Below, one piece after another: positions 45,115 to 54,733 of a stretch of DNA of 64,000 nt (the stretch's first letter is position 1; every line of letters begins with the position of its first letter). Under the pieces are notes generated by a model. The model saw nothing but the letters and a program-made list of their open reading frames with translations. It made no database searches and was not told the DNA's origin. The position numbers and the translations under genes were made by a program. This DNA is from a virus: IMG/VR virus record IMGVR_UViG_3300047496_000053, positions 7,305 through 71,304 of that record. The stretch is one strand, 5' to 3'.

Positions 45115-45549
45115 TTAGATCGGCGCCACCACGATCGATTGCCAAGTGATTTCGAACTTGCGTGCCTGCAAGAGCTTCTTCACGTCGGACATGGGCTTGT
45201 AGCTCGTGAGTATGCCTTTGGTCAGCACATAGGAACGCGACACGGCGGGCAGGTGGATGACGCCGTTTGCGTAATAAAGCTCGTTGATGCCGTCTTGCGC
45301 AGCGAACCACGCATCGAACAGTAGGTTCGACAGGCTGTCACCCTGGAGGGTGATTTCCTGGACCACCGGAACGTAGACATAGCCACCCGAGAGGTTGCCA
45401 TCGACGCCGGTCATGATTTCGGCCGTCTTCAGGTCGGCGATCTGCGTCACGTCGTCGGCGGCGAAGCCTTGAAGGTTTTGCGGGACGGTGTAGAGGTTCG
45501 TGATCCCGATGGCAATCGACGAATTTGCGCCTGTCAGAGTGTTGGCCAT
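45115..45549 (-). CDS. Tail tube protein
   Basis: LQGFAADD...GVDGNLSGGYV; follows the sheath. Confidence 0.8.
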   Translation of the reverse strand: MANTLTGANSSIAIGITNLYTVPQNLQGFAADDVTQIADLKTAEIMTGVDGNLSGGYVYVPVVQEITLQGDSLSNLLFDAWFAAQDGINELYYANGVIHLPAVSRSYVLTKGILTSYKPMSDVKKLLQARKFEITWQSIVVAPI

Positions 45550-47286
45550 TTACATTACCTCGATCGAAGCCAGGGTGATTTGCTGAACCGATCCGGCGTC
45601 CGTGTAGAAGAACGTCATCGGTGGGGACGTGCGCGCGGCGCGCGCGGGAGCCTGCGCCGGAAGGATCTGGAGATACCAGCCTTGCGACGAAAGAACGCTG
45701 TCGATCGGTGTACCGGCCGCTGCGTTGACCTCGGCGATCTGTAGCGGCGAGAGCGCGACGCCCGCTTGGAAAGCGCCGAAGTTCAGGCCCGCATTGATCG
45801 GGCCAGCGCAGGCGGCGCGGATGAGCGCGTAGCCGGGCGTTGCATAAGGCACACTGCCGACGTTGGTGAGCAATGTCATCAGCGACACCTGGAAGCTCGC
45901 GTTGAGCCAGATTTGGTTCACGTACGCATCGAGCCACTTGAAAATGCCAGACACCGATCCGTTGTAGAAGAACGTGAAATTCTGGTTCGCCGTGGCATAC
46001 GCGCCATAGAAGTTGTACCCATTGGCCAGCAAGTTCGCGCCGACGGTGGCGTTGGTCACGCCCGGCGCCAGCCCGGAGGCCGACTTGAAGGCGAAGGTCA
46101 CCCGACCGTTGAGCGCGGTGAAGTTCACCGAGGCGATCGCGCCGCAGATGAATGCCGCCTTTTCGATGCCGTCGCTCGGGTCGTAAATCAGGCAGGTGCC
46201 CGAGGTATTGGCTTGCGACAGCAGGTAGCCCAAGCACGTCGTCGATTGCGTCGAAAGCGTGGGGGTGATGTCCGTGTCCCAACAGATGTACGCGAACTCG
46301 TTGTTTTGCGTGCCGTTCCAGGTCGCGAATGCGAGCTTGATCGTGTTGCCCACGCCGCCGTCCGGATCGAACATCGTCATGAACGATGCGAAGTTCGTGG
46401 TGAGCGCGGTGACACCGGCCATGAAGGTCGCGGGGGTCGTGGGCGCCGCGCCTTGGGACAGCACCGCGCCGGTCGCGCTGGTCAGAAACAGGCTCGCGGC
46501 CAGTGTGCCAGTGCAATAAGCCACGGTCGACACAATGCCCGTGACACCGGACGTGATGACGAAGCCGCCAGAAACACTGTCGTAGGTGACGGTCACATTG
46601 GCCGAAGTGCCCGTGATGGCCTCGGCGCTCACCGTCTGCGAAATGTTGATCGAATACGTGCCCGCGCCGCCGACGGTGCCGGTCAACTGCCCGGTTATTA
46701 CGGTGTTGGCGGTCACGCCAGAGCCGCTGAGCACCATGCCAGTGTAGAACGTGCCGGTGATGGTTCCGGCAGCGGTGAAGACCAGACTCGCAATAGTGCC
46801 GCTTGAAGCGGTGGCCGACACCGGGTTCGAGTTCAGGCCCGAGGCAATCAGCGTGGCGGCGGCGGAAAAGCTCGTTGCCGAAGCGAGGTTGAGGGAAGCG
46901 TCAAGCCGAGGCATCCCGTCGACTGTCATGTTCAGCGAGCCGGTGAGCGCCTGAAGCTGCGTGAGGGTAAGAGCGGAGACCGCCCCGCCGCGCAGGTAAG
47001 CGGAGACCGGCGTGGTGCCGTTGTACTGTGCGAACAAGAGTGCGCCGGGCTTTGCGGTCGAATTGAGGTAGCCGTTGAAGTAGTCCAGCGCCACCGTGTA
47101 TTCGTAGGCCGATGTGCCGAAATACTGCCCCACGGACAGCGCGGTCGGGAAAGATGGCACGGTGCCGATGGGGACGCGGGTGTTTTGAGTCAGCACCAGC
47201 CCGACCATCGCAAGCGCGTTGCCACCCGCGCTGATTACGCCAGGATTGACTTGTACGATCTGGCTGGCGGGGATCGTGTTTTGCAT
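45550..47286 (-). CDS. Tail sheath protein (DUF3383-like)
   Basis: IPASQIV.VNPGV, LLANGYNFYG, WLDAYVNQIWL, FFYTDAGSVQ. Confidence 0.85.
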   Translation of the reverse strand: MQNTIPASQIVQVNPGVISAGGNALAMVGLVLTQNTRVPIGTVPSFPTALSVGQYFGTSAYEYTVALDYFNGYLNSTAKPGALLFAQYNGTTPVSAYLRGGAVSALTLTQLQALTGSLNMTVDGMPRLDASLNLASATSFSAAATLIASGLNSNPVSATASSGTIASLVFTAAGTITGTFYTGMVLSGSGVTANTVITGQLTGTVGGAGTYSINISQTVSAEAITGTSANVTVTYDSVSGGFVITSGVTGIVSTVAYCTGTLAASLFLTSATGAVLSQGAAPTTPATFMAGVTALTTNFASFMTMFDPDGGVGNTIKLAFATWNGTQNNEFAYICWDTDITPTLSTQSTTCLGYLLSQANTSGTCLIYDPSDGIEKAAFICGAIASVNFTALNGRVTFAFKSASGLAPGVTNATVGANLLANGYNFYGAYATANQNFTFFYNGSVSGIFKWLDAYVNQIWLNASFQVSLMTLLTNVGSVPYATPGYALIRAACAGPINAGLNFGAFQAGVALSPLQIAEVNAAAGTPIDSVLSSQGWYLQILPAQAPARAARTSPPMTFFYTDAGSVQQITLASIEVM

Positions 47287-47299
47287 TTTTTACTCCGGA

Positions 47300-47857
47300 T
47301 TAAGTCGGGGGGTAATAGACATCGATGTTCTTCAGGTTCACTTCGAGCGAGGCGGCGAAATCCTGCGGAACCTGGATGATCGGATTGCACTGGAGCACCG
47401 CGTCAATCGACCAGCGCTGTTCGATCTGTTGTTCGCCATTGTCAAAAGGCAGTTGGTTCGGCTCCCCCGTATAGAGCGGAGTCACATCAAAGCCGCTGGT
47501 CTGAAACTGGTCGACGCCCCATTCACTGCGAAAGAGCGTCACGATCACTTGGGCATTCTCTGCGCTGGATGGGCCGTGCACGTCGAGTTGGATCGTGACC
47601 TTCATGGGGGTCAGTATGTTGTTCACGCCCGGCTGGACCGGCGTCAAGAGCGCGCCGTCGACGAAGCCGTTCACGTTGGTTTCAAGGCGCTCGCGCAAGA
47701 GTGGCGTCATCACCACGAAGTTCGAGCCGATGGGCTCGGGCACGCGGTTCACCTGCGCCTTGACCACGGCGGTCTCAGGCGGAAGGATGGCGAGAAGAAA
47801 GCTCCGGAGCGCCGCGAAGGTCTGGAAATCGGTTAGGCTGACGGTGGGTTGAGGCAT
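47300..47857 (-). CDS. Tail terminator/completion protein
   Basis: AQVNRVPEP, IQLDVHGP, EQRW...LQCNP. Confidence 0.75.
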   Translation of the reverse strand: MPQPTVSLTDFQTFAALRSFLLAILPPETAVVKAQVNRVPEPIGSNFVVMTPLLRERLETNVNGFVDGALLTPVQPGVNNILTPMKVTIQLDVHGPSSAENAQVIVTLFRSEWGVDQFQTSGFDVTPLYTGEPNQLPFDNGEQQIEQRWSIDAVLQCNPIIQVPQDFAASLEVNLKNIDVYYPPT

Positions 47858-48252
47858 CACGGCCCCCACTGCACGTCGTTCTGGAGCACCACGGCGACCT
47901 TCGTCCACCCGGCCGTGCGGTTCCAGTTTTCCAAGACCAGCGCCACCAGCCAGATAGAGCCGTCCGGGAGCTTGAAGAGGTCGCCCCCGCGCGCGTCCGG
48001 GCGGCTGACGCCCTCGATGTTCCCGTTCACGTAGAAGGCTTGCTTGACGCCGCCCATGTTCAGGCCGTTCACCTGCACCAGATCCTTGAAGGACAGGGCT
48101 TGGCACTGTATGTCGACGCCTTCGGCGTAGGCGTAGCGCGGCTTGCGCGTGCCGTCGGCGAATGTCTCTTCTCCGTTGGACTGGCGCCAGCTACCGCGCA
48201 GGCTCGGGTTCACCGCCGAAATGTATGGGGCGACGATCGACTGGAGGTTCAC
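47857..48252 (-). CDS. Head-tail adaptor/head closure protein
   Basis: GTG start NLQSIV...AVNP...GGDL...WL...LENW. Confidence 0.7.
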   Translation of the reverse strand: MNLQSIVAPYISAVNPSLRGSWRQSNGEETFADGTRKPRYAYAEGVDIQCQALSFKDLVQVNGLNMGGVKQAFYVNGNIEGVSRPDARGGDLFKLPDGSIWLVALVLENWNRTAGWTKVAVVLQNDVQWGP

Positions 48253-48611
48253 TTGCCAAGCTCCAGCCGGGCGCGGCAGTAGTCGGCCAGCATCGCCGCT
48301 TCCAGGTGGCCAGGATCGAGCCATTCGAGGAAGGTGCCGAGCAAAAGCGCCCAGGTTCCGGCCGTGACCGGGTTGCGGCAATCCATGGCTGTCCGGGAAC
48401 TGATGGTCGCGTCCTGCCCGGAGGCGGTCGACACGCCCCATTGGCCCAAGGCCATATCCACGCCCACCAGGAAGCGGTGCAGCTTGCTCTGGTTGTCCAT
48501 GTAGGCTTGGCACTGCGCGAGCGTCCAGGTGTCGACCTTGGCCTTGGCGTCGGGGATTCCATCGGGGTAGGCGAAGACGATGCGGACTTGCGCCCAGGTA
48601 CGAATGCTCAT
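48249..48611 (-). CDS. Hypothetical protein
   Basis: Coupled to both neighbours by 4-nt overlaps. Confidence 0.55.
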   Translation of the reverse strand: MSIRTWAQVRIVFAYPDGIPDAKAKVDTWTLAQCQAYMDNQSKLHRFLVGVDMALGQWGVSTASGQDATISSRTAMDCRNPVTAGTWALLLGTFLEWLDPGHLEAAMLADYCRARLELGK

Positions 48612-48895
48612 GTCACTTCCCCGTTGGTGATAAAGCCATGCCAGTGCTCATTACCCACGTTCACGGACGGCGACAGGCTCAGGTCGTCGAACCCGGTGCC
48701 CGATGGCACCCACCGGCCCGGCCCCGGAGTTGCCGAATCCGGAACCCCGCGGTCACGGAACCAGCAAATCACCGAATGCGTTCCCACCTGTCCGTGGTTG
48801 GCCTTGAAGCACACAGGGCAAAGGAACAGCAAGCCTGTTGCCGAAGCTATCGAGTCGCCGCCCATCCAGGACGGATCCAGGTCAATCAGGCGCAT
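48608..48895 (-). CDS. DUF6527-like small metal-binding protein
   Basis: FLCPVC...H...W...LSLSPSV...HWHGFITNGEV. Confidence 0.6.
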   Translation of the reverse strand: MRLIDLDPSWMGGDSIASATGLLFLCPVCFKANHGQVGTHSVICWFRDRGVPDSATPGPGRWVPSGTGFDDLSLSPSVNVGNEHWHGFITNGEVT

Positions 48896-49199
48896 TTATT
48901 ACCTCACCACCAAAGATCCGGCCGCGCCACCGCTCCGTGGGCGCCTCGATCATTTCGTGCACGGTTAGCGTGCGGAAGTCGCGGCCCTCGATCGACCAGA
49001 TGAAGTCGGGCGCGGTCGCGACGAAATTCATGACGCTGATGTCAGGTCGCACCACGCGCAGCGCGGCGCGCTGGTACTCGGGGGTCATCGGGACCGTCTT
49101 GACAGATAGCCACCGGCAGTTCGCAGTGCGCCCGGTGGGACTCTTGAAGATCATCAGTTCCGGTGTCAGCCAGTACGGCGACAGGTCGATGAGTCTCAT
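48882..49199 (-). CDS. Diverged paralog of 48608-48895
   Basis: MRLIDLSPYW...W...LTV...WRGRIFGGEV; lacks the Cys/His ligands. Confidence 0.55.
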   Translation of the reverse strand: MRLIDLSPYWLTPELMIFKSPTGRTANCRWLSVKTVPMTPEYQRAALRVVRPDISVMNFVATAPDFIWSIEGRDFRTLTVHEMIEAPTERWRGRIFGGEVINAPD

Positions 49200-49747
49200 T
49201 CGACAACGTGGCCTATGGATCGAATCATGTGCCCCGTGTCGTCCAGCGGCTTCGTGTTCACGCCGTCGACGCTTTCGCCAGCGGCTACCCGGCGCGCGGC
49301 TTCGCCGACCGTTTTTCCGGTCACGACAAGGCTCTGGTCTTTGCTCTTCATCTTGCGTAGCATCAGCGTGATTTTCGACAGCGGCGGCGAGTTCACGTCG
49401 ATGATCGATTGCTGAAGTTGCTCAGCGATCACGATCCCCAAGGCTGTCAGGGCGATGCGCGCGTCGTACTTGTTGTGCTTCAATTGCTGCGCGAGCACGG
49501 GCCCCCAATTGCCCGATTCCTTGGCAATCAGGGTCCGAACAAATGGGCGCGGCGGGATGCCCGCGCGCGGCGCCCCGAATTCTTGTATCGCGGCGACCAT
49601 GGCGACCGGCTGGCCACCTTGATTCGCCGGGTACTTGGCATCCTCGAACCAGCCGATCGAGACTTGCGCCTTCTTCGTCACGTTCTTCGCAATGCGGTCC
49701 AGCGCTTGCTTGAGCGCTGTCCCGCCATCGAAGGTCTTAGTAGCCAC
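49196..49747 (-). CDS. Neck/virion morphogenesis protein
   Basis: VAAIQEFG...IPPRPF...KPLDDTGHM. Confidence 0.75.
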   Translation of the reverse strand: MATKTFDGGTALKQALDRIAKNVTKKAQVSIGWFEDAKYPANQGGQPVAMVAAIQEFGAPRAGIPPRPFVRTLIAKESGNWGPVLAQQLKHNKYDARIALTALGIVIAEQLQQSIIDVNSPPLSKITLMLRKMKSKDQSLVVTGKTVGEAARRVAAGESVDGVNTKPLDDTGHMIRSIGHVVE

Positions 49748-50204
49748 GATAACCGCCGTACACGTACGGCTCGAAATCGCGCACTGGTCCGGGGGCGTAA
49801 AGCATCTGGCGATACTTGGCGGTCGCGGTCCAAAAGGCCGCGCCGTATTTCGTTTGCTGATACCACGCCGCGGCGCCCGGCTGATTCGGCATATCCGCGT
49901 GCACGGTCACCGAGCCCTCGGTGGCGCTGTCGATGCGTCCCACCAGCGGCGACGAGGCGTTGCCGTTGAGGGGCACATTCAGGGCGATGATGTGCGCGGT
50001 CATCATGTTCAAGAGGGTCTGCCGTTCCGTCTGGTAGGGCGGGCAGTACGGGATCGGCGAGCAAGGCGTGTTGTCGCAATAGGTCTGCGCCTCGTTGAAG
50101 AACTGTTGCGCCAGGGTGGCATTGATCGAGCCCGCAAGCTCGGGATACCGCATGGCGAACAGGCCGTAGTCGAAGACCACGATCCCGCCCGGCACCGCGC
50201 TCAC
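49737..50204 (-). CDS. Head-tail connector (DUF4054-like)
   Basis: FAMRYPEL, LLNMMTAHI, GRIDSATEGSV, WYQQTKYG. Confidence 0.8.
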   Translation of the reverse strand: MSAVPGGIVVFDYGLFAMRYPELAGSINATLAQQFFNEAQTYCDNTPCSPIPYCPPYQTERQTLLNMMTAHIIALNVPLNGNASSPLVGRIDSATEGSVTVHADMPNQPGAAAWYQQTKYGAAFWTATAKYRQMLYAPGPVRDFEPYVYGGYRGY

Positions 50205-50205
50205 G

Positions 50206-50643
50206 TCAGCCGCCCTTCTTGGGCATCAGGTCGGAGGTTTCGACGCGCCGCGGCAGGTTCTTCGGGTCCAGGCGTTCGAGCCCGGAGCGAACCTTCTCGC
50301 CGTCCTTGGCCTGCGCCACGGTACTGTCGGTCTTGCCGTGGGCGAAGATGAGGCCGTTCTTGACCATCATCGAGTCGCCGTTGAGTTGCAACCAGCGATC
50401 CCACAGATCCTTGCTCACGTTCGGCGTCAGGGCATACCCACCGACCATTTGCGCCTTCGGCGCTGCATTTTGTGGGTGCGACCACCCGTACACGTACGCG
50501 ACCTCGGGCCGAGCCACCGCGACCTTGCGCTTGCGCAGGCCACCGCCGACCACCATTTCGTCGCGCTCCACCATTTCGTACACGCGAAGCTGAAGCCCGT
50601 GGGGCAGCTTGCACGCGATCGTTACCGTTTCAGTCGATGCCAT
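50206..50643 (-). CDS. Conserved protein downstream of the capsid gene
   Basis: VTIACKLPHGL...GGYALT.NV...SGLERLDP. Confidence 0.7.
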   Translation of the reverse strand: MASTETVTIACKLPHGLQLRVYEMVERDEMVVGGGLRKRKVAVARPEVAYVYGWSHPQNAAPKAQMVGGYALTPNVSKDLWDRWLQLNGDSMMVKNGLIFAHGKTDSTVAQAKDGEKVRSGLERLDPKNLPRRVETSDLMPKKGG

Positions 50644-50658
50644 TCGAATCTCCAATCG

Positions 50659-50691
50659 GAAAAGAAGAGGGCCCGCGCGCGGCGGGCCCTC
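50659..50691 (-). terminator. Terminator-like hairpin after the capsid gene
   Basis: GAGGGCCCG...CGGGCCCTC followed by TTCTTTT. Confidence 0.55.
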
Positions 50692-50719
50692 GTTTCGAGC
50701 ACTTACGGTTGTCGTCGAC

Positions 50720-51793
50720 TTAGACGCCGATCATGGTCGCGATTGCGAAGGGTTGGCGAACGATCGCGCCCCACGAACCTTGACTCATTTTCTGCGAATA
50801 CGCCGAGTGCTGGCGGATGATCGGACCGGCGCGCAGCTTCTCGCTGAATGCGCAGTAGCCCGTCGATTGGCCTTCGACCTTCGTGGCGATGAGTTGCACG
50901 ACTTCGCCAGCGGCCGAACCTTGTGGGTTCTGCGCCGAGAGCGCGCCGTACTGGATCGCGGGGACCACCTTGAGGTTCGGGTAGTTCGCGGCCAGTTGCG
51001 TCTTCACGTTCACGTTGTAGGTGTTGGTGAAGTTGAGCGCGGCCGAAGAGTGCGGCGACAGCGCCAGCACCATTTCGGACTCGGCGTCGATGTTGCCCGC
51101 CGACTGGTTGATGAGCGTGGTGACCATGGCCACGATGTCTTCGTAGACTTCGAGGCCCACCGCGTTCGGGGTGTTGCCGTTGATGAACCACGTCAGCCCG
51201 CCCGCGGCCTTCGGGATCGGAGCGATCGCCGGGGACAACGAGGGGTCGTTCAGGATGCCGTAGTTCTGGAGACCGGCCACGCCGTAGAAGTAGGTCAGGT
51301 TTTGGAACTTGTTCAGGATAACGATCGCCGCCTGTTTGAGTTCCGCTGCCCATCCGATCTTGGCCAGACCGGCGCGCTCCATTTCGAGTTCGCCGTACTC
51401 GATGATCGTCTGATACAGGTAGTTTTCGCGTTGCGGAAAGTTGGTGTTCGCGTTGCTCTTTCCGTCTTGCGAGAAGTCGCCATAGCTGGAGACCTCACCC
51501 GTATGTTCGACCACCGGGAAGACAGCCGTCACGTCGACGAAAGAGCCTTTTCGCTCTTCGCCGAAGATTTCGGCAGCGGCGTTTTTGGCCGTCAGGATCC
51601 GGAGAATGTCCGGGTCGATGAAGGTCGTGAGGAACGACGGGATGCCTGAGTTCTGGACGGTGACGAGTGTCGGTTGCGCGTCCATGGCCAGTTGGAAATT
51701 TTCCTTCCAGCCGTCTTCGATATAGCCGACCGCTCCGGGGAAAGTGATACCCCACTTTGCCTCGAATGCGGCCAGTTCCGGATTGCGTTGCAT
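50720..51793 (-). CDS. Major capsid protein (DUF2184/HK97-fold-like)
   Basis: AMDAQP, GEVSSYGD, YFYGVAGLQNYGILNDP, AFSEKLRA. Confidence 0.85.
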   Translation of the reverse strand: MQRNPELAAFEAKWGITFPGAVGYIEDGWKENFQLAMDAQPTLVTVQNSGIPSFLTTFIDPDILRILTAKNAAAEIFGEERKGSFVDVTAVFPVVEHTGEVSSYGDFSQDGKSNANTNFPQRENYLYQTIIEYGELEMERAGLAKIGWAAELKQAAIVILNKFQNLTYFYGVAGLQNYGILNDPSLSPAIAPIPKAAGGLTWFINGNTPNAVGLEVYEDIVAMVTTLINQSAGNIDAESEMVLALSPHSSAALNFTNTYNVNVKTQLAANYPNLKVVPAIQYGALSAQNPQGSAAGEVVQLIATKVEGQSTGYCAFSEKLRAGPIIRQHSAYSQKMSQGSWGAIVRQPFAIATMIGV

Positions 51794-51822
51794 GGTAGTC
51801 CTTTCTTGGCTTTAGCCGAGGG

Positions 51823-52983
51823 TTAGCCGAGAGCGTTCGTGGACATCTTGACGAGTTCGCCAGCGTTGGCGCTCGTCAGGGCGTACCACTTCGTTTCGGT
51901 CGCGGTGTTGACACCGATGGTCTGCGAAGCAAGGGTTTGCCCTTGATTCAGCAGGTAGGTTCCCGCGCCGCCCGTGCCCGTGAGGAACGCCGTGATGTAG
52001 GTGCCAGCATTGACGCTGGTGCCGTTCAGGGTGTCGTACAGGGCGAAGGTGCCGGTGACCGTGCCGCCGACGGTGAGCGTGCCACCGGAAGCGGTGATCG
52101 AGGTCGACGAAACCGTCGCGACGGTCGAGGGCGCGGACACGGCGTAAGTGCTGCCGTTGCCGCCCGTGCCGGTGATCGCCGCGATGATCGTCGTGCCGCT
52201 GATGACGTTCGTGCCCGAGAGCGTCGCGCCCACCGCGAAAGTGCCGGTGATGGTCGTGGCGATGGTAAGGACGCCGTACAGAGGCGCGGTGATCGTGCTG
52301 GACGCTACGGTCTGGCTGATCGACACCTGATAGGTGCCGGTAGAACCAGCCGAGCCGGTCAGTTGCGCGACGATGGTCGTGGCAGGGTCGACCGGGTTGG
52401 TCGCGCCGCCACCGGCCAGGATCATGCCCGGGGCAAGCGCGCCCGAGCCGACCGCCGAAACGGTCAGGATCGCGCCCGAAATCGAGCCGGTGACCGAGAC
52501 AGTGGCGATGGTGCCCGCCGTGGTGTTGTTCAGCGCGATCGACGACGCGGTGCCAGAACCGGAGGTCGGAGGCGAGCCAGTGACGCCGAAGGTGATGGCG
52601 CCCGTGCTGTTGTTCGCGTACGCCTTCATGCCGACGGTGACCGCGGTCGCGCCCGAGTTCTTGGCCCAAAAGCAACCGGCCGAGAAGAGCGTGATCGGGA
52701 GACCTTGGGGCACGATCATCGTGTCGTCCGCGAGGAACGCCGTGATGAGCGCTTGCTGAGCGCGGTGCACGAAGCCCGTGGGGGCGCCGCCGCCGAAGTT
52801 GTTCACGATCGAGTTCGCTGGCTGCGTTGCCCAGGCGAACAGGCCGACCGCAACGCCAGCGGAGCCAGCGACGAAGGCGCCAGCTTGATTGACGACGGTG
52901 GCTCGCGCGTTGCCGTAGGCATCGGCGAAGTCACCGGCAACGCCCGGCGCCGGTTGCACATTCACTTGTTGGGGGAATCCCAT
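51823..52983 (-). CDS. Capsid decoration/cement protein with inserted repeats
   Basis: [17 protein letters not shown]...PTGFVHR...ETKW...GELVKM; three internal ~65-aa repeats. Confidence 0.75.
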   Translation of the reverse strand: MGFPQQVNVQPAPGVAGDFADAYGNARATVVNQAGAFVAGSAGVAVGLFAWATQPANSIVNNFGGGAPTGFVHRAQQALITAFLADDTMIVPQGLPITLFSAGCFWAKNSGATAVTVGMKAYANNSTGAITFGVTGSPPTSGSGTASSIALNNTTAGTIATVSVTGSISGAILTVSAVGSGALAPGMILAGGGATNPVDPATTIVAQLTGSAGSTGTYQVSISQTVASSTITAPLYGVLTIATTITGTFAVGATLSGTNVISGTTIIAAITGTGGNGSTYAVSAPSTVATVSSTSITASGGTLTVGGTVTGTFALYDTLNGTSVNAGTYITAFLTGTGGAGTYLLNQGQTLASQTIGVNTATETKWYALTSANAGELVKMSTNALG

Positions 52984-53004
52984 TTCTTTCTCCTATGTGG
53001 CCGA

Positions 53005-54456
53005 TTAGGCGCTGACGCGAACGCGGTTGAAATCCGGGAACCGGGCCGCGAAACCGTCGGGCAGCTTGGCGCTGTCCTGCGCGATTTGTTTCGGTGCGGT
53101 GCCGGGCTTCGGGTGGGCGTTGAGAATGGCTCGGAAGGCGCTCGGGTGAACGCCAGTCAGATCCACACCCATCGTGGTCAGTGCGGCGCGGTAGACAGCC
53201 TCGGCGCTGTCGCACGCGATCGCGAGCTTGCCCACGTACGGCTGGACGGCTTCCACGGCTTCGGTCGTCGCGCGGATTCGCGCAATGGTCTCGTCCTGGA
53301 TCTTGCGCACCGTCGCCGCGTCCATCGCGGGTTCCGCTTTCTTGTCGGGCGCAGCGGGTGCGCCGGGGGTTGCTTCGGCCATGGGGGGTTCCTTCTTTTT
53401 CGGGTCGTCCATCGGGTCCGCGCCCGGCTCCATAGCCGGAACGGGGGGTGCAGGTTGCCCGGGTCCACCTGGAGGGTTATCCATGGCAGGTGTCTTGCCC
53501 ATCAGCTTCATCAGCATGGGCTTGAGTGCCATCATGAATTCTTCCATCGGATCGACATCGGCAGTTACAGTGTTGTCGACCGGGACTTGGCCGGGCATGG
53601 TGTCAACGCCAACATCGGCATCCATCGGTTCATCTCCGTCTAGGTTGTCAAGAAGAGACACAAGCTGGTCCATGCTTGCGTCCTGAGCGAGCATCGGCCG
53701 GATGGCCTCAGCAATTGAAGACTTCCGGTTCCGCCAGTTCCCGGAGGCCACGCCGGTCAGGATCTTGTTCAGATTCCGGCCGAAATTCGGTTTCGCATCC
53801 GCGGCCAAAAGCGGAGGCGTGAACACCAGCAGGGCGCCTTTGACGAAGCTCGCCTTGCGGGACAACATTTGCAGTGAAGCCATAAAGCCCTCCGGATTGG
53901 AGTCACCGACAACGATGTCGGGACCAGCGCGGCCGATTGGAACCAGGGCGACGTGATTGCCGCGAATGTTGCGCATCACCCCGTCGTACTTTTCACCTTC
54001 GAACGTGCCCGGCGTCATGTCCACTTCGTAGTGGTAGGCGCAGGACAATTCCTTGCGTTCGTCATTCTCAAGATCCAGGATCGCGTCGCCTACCCAAAAG
54101 ACCAGCGAGTTATCCAGGTAGGGATTCTTGAAGACCGCATCCGTGCCGGTCGATCCGATCACGATGTCTTGGCGCGGCATCGTCGCGCTCACCGGGACGT
54201 GATGGTCCAGAATCGGCAAGCTGTTGAACGTGTCGACGGCTTTGCGCAGTTCCTCGGGATCGCGCAGTAGCTTGTAGACCCCATTGGGATCGAGGCCGAG
54301 TTCTTCGTGGCCAGGGATTTCCTTGCCGAAGTATTCCGAGACATTGGCCTTGCTGATGTGCGACGTGGCGATGCGCAACCGGCCGTCCTGATCGTACTTG
54401 CGGACACTGGCGCGATCGAGCGCCAAGCCACGCGCACGGGGCGGCTTATCGAACAT
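53005..54456 (-). CDS. DUF2213-like head maturation protease/scaffold
   Basis: ISKANV, LLRDPEEL, ELSCAY, IRGNHVALV..GRAG; scaffold-like C terminus with repeated AMD/AQD. Confidence 0.85.
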   Translation of the reverse strand: MFDKPPRARGLALDRASVRKYDQDGRLRIATSHISKANVSEYFGKEIPGHEELGLDPNGVYKLLRDPEELRKAVDTFNSLPILDHHVPVSATMPRQDIVIGSTGTDAVFKNPYLDNSLVFWVGDAILDLENDERKELSCAYHYEVDMTPGTFEGEKYDGVMRNIRGNHVALVPIGRAGPDIVVGDSNPEGFMASLQMLSRKASFVKGALLVFTPPLLAADAKPNFGRNLNKILTGVASGNWRNRKSSIAEAIRPMLAQDASMDQLVSLLDNLDGDEPMDADVGVDTMPGQVPVDNTVTADVDPMEEFMMALKPMLMKLMGKTPAMDNPPGGPGQPAPPVPAMEPGADPMDDPKKKEPPMAEATPGAPAAPDKKAEPAMDAATVRKIQDETIARIRATTEAVEAVQPYVGKLAIACDSAEAVYRAALTTMGVDLTGVHPSAFRAILNAHPKPGTAPKQIAQDSAKLPDGFAARFPDFNRVRVSA

Positions 54457-54475
54457 TTGGGCCTCCGGAAATGGA

Positions 54476-54500
54476 AAAGCCGAGGGCAATTCCTCGGCTT
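54476..54500 (-). terminator. Terminator-like hairpin after the toxin/antitoxin pair
   Basis: AAGCCGAGG-AATTGC-CCTCGGCTTTT. Confidence 0.55.
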
Positions 54501-54547
54501 GGGTATACGGCGCCCGGTCCGTTCAGGACCAGGACTTGCGGTCGCGC

Positions 54548-54733
54548 CTAGATGTCAGCGTCTTCCGGGTGCTCTTCGAAAAACTTCTTCGCTTCGGCCT
54601 CGGCATCCGCGTCCATCTTGTCCGCGACTTGCTCCATGGTGAGCCCCGGGAATTGCGCTTCCATCGCCGCGTTGCCTTCGGCGACGCGGCGCTTCAGTTC
54701 TTCAGGACTCAGTTCTTCCGACGAGATAGTCAT
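54548..54733 (-). CDS. Small acidic protein, putative antitoxin/immunity
   Basis: 61 aa, very acidic, overlaps the toxin gene 3' end. Confidence 0.5.
   Translation of the reverse strand: MTISSEELSPEELKRRVAEGNAAMEAQFPGLTMEQVADKMDADAEAEAKKFFEEHPEDADI

Noticed and set aside
38748-47286. Tailocin or extracellular contractile injection system
   Set aside because: Capsid, scaffold/protease, neck and replication genes are all present, consistent with a complete phage.
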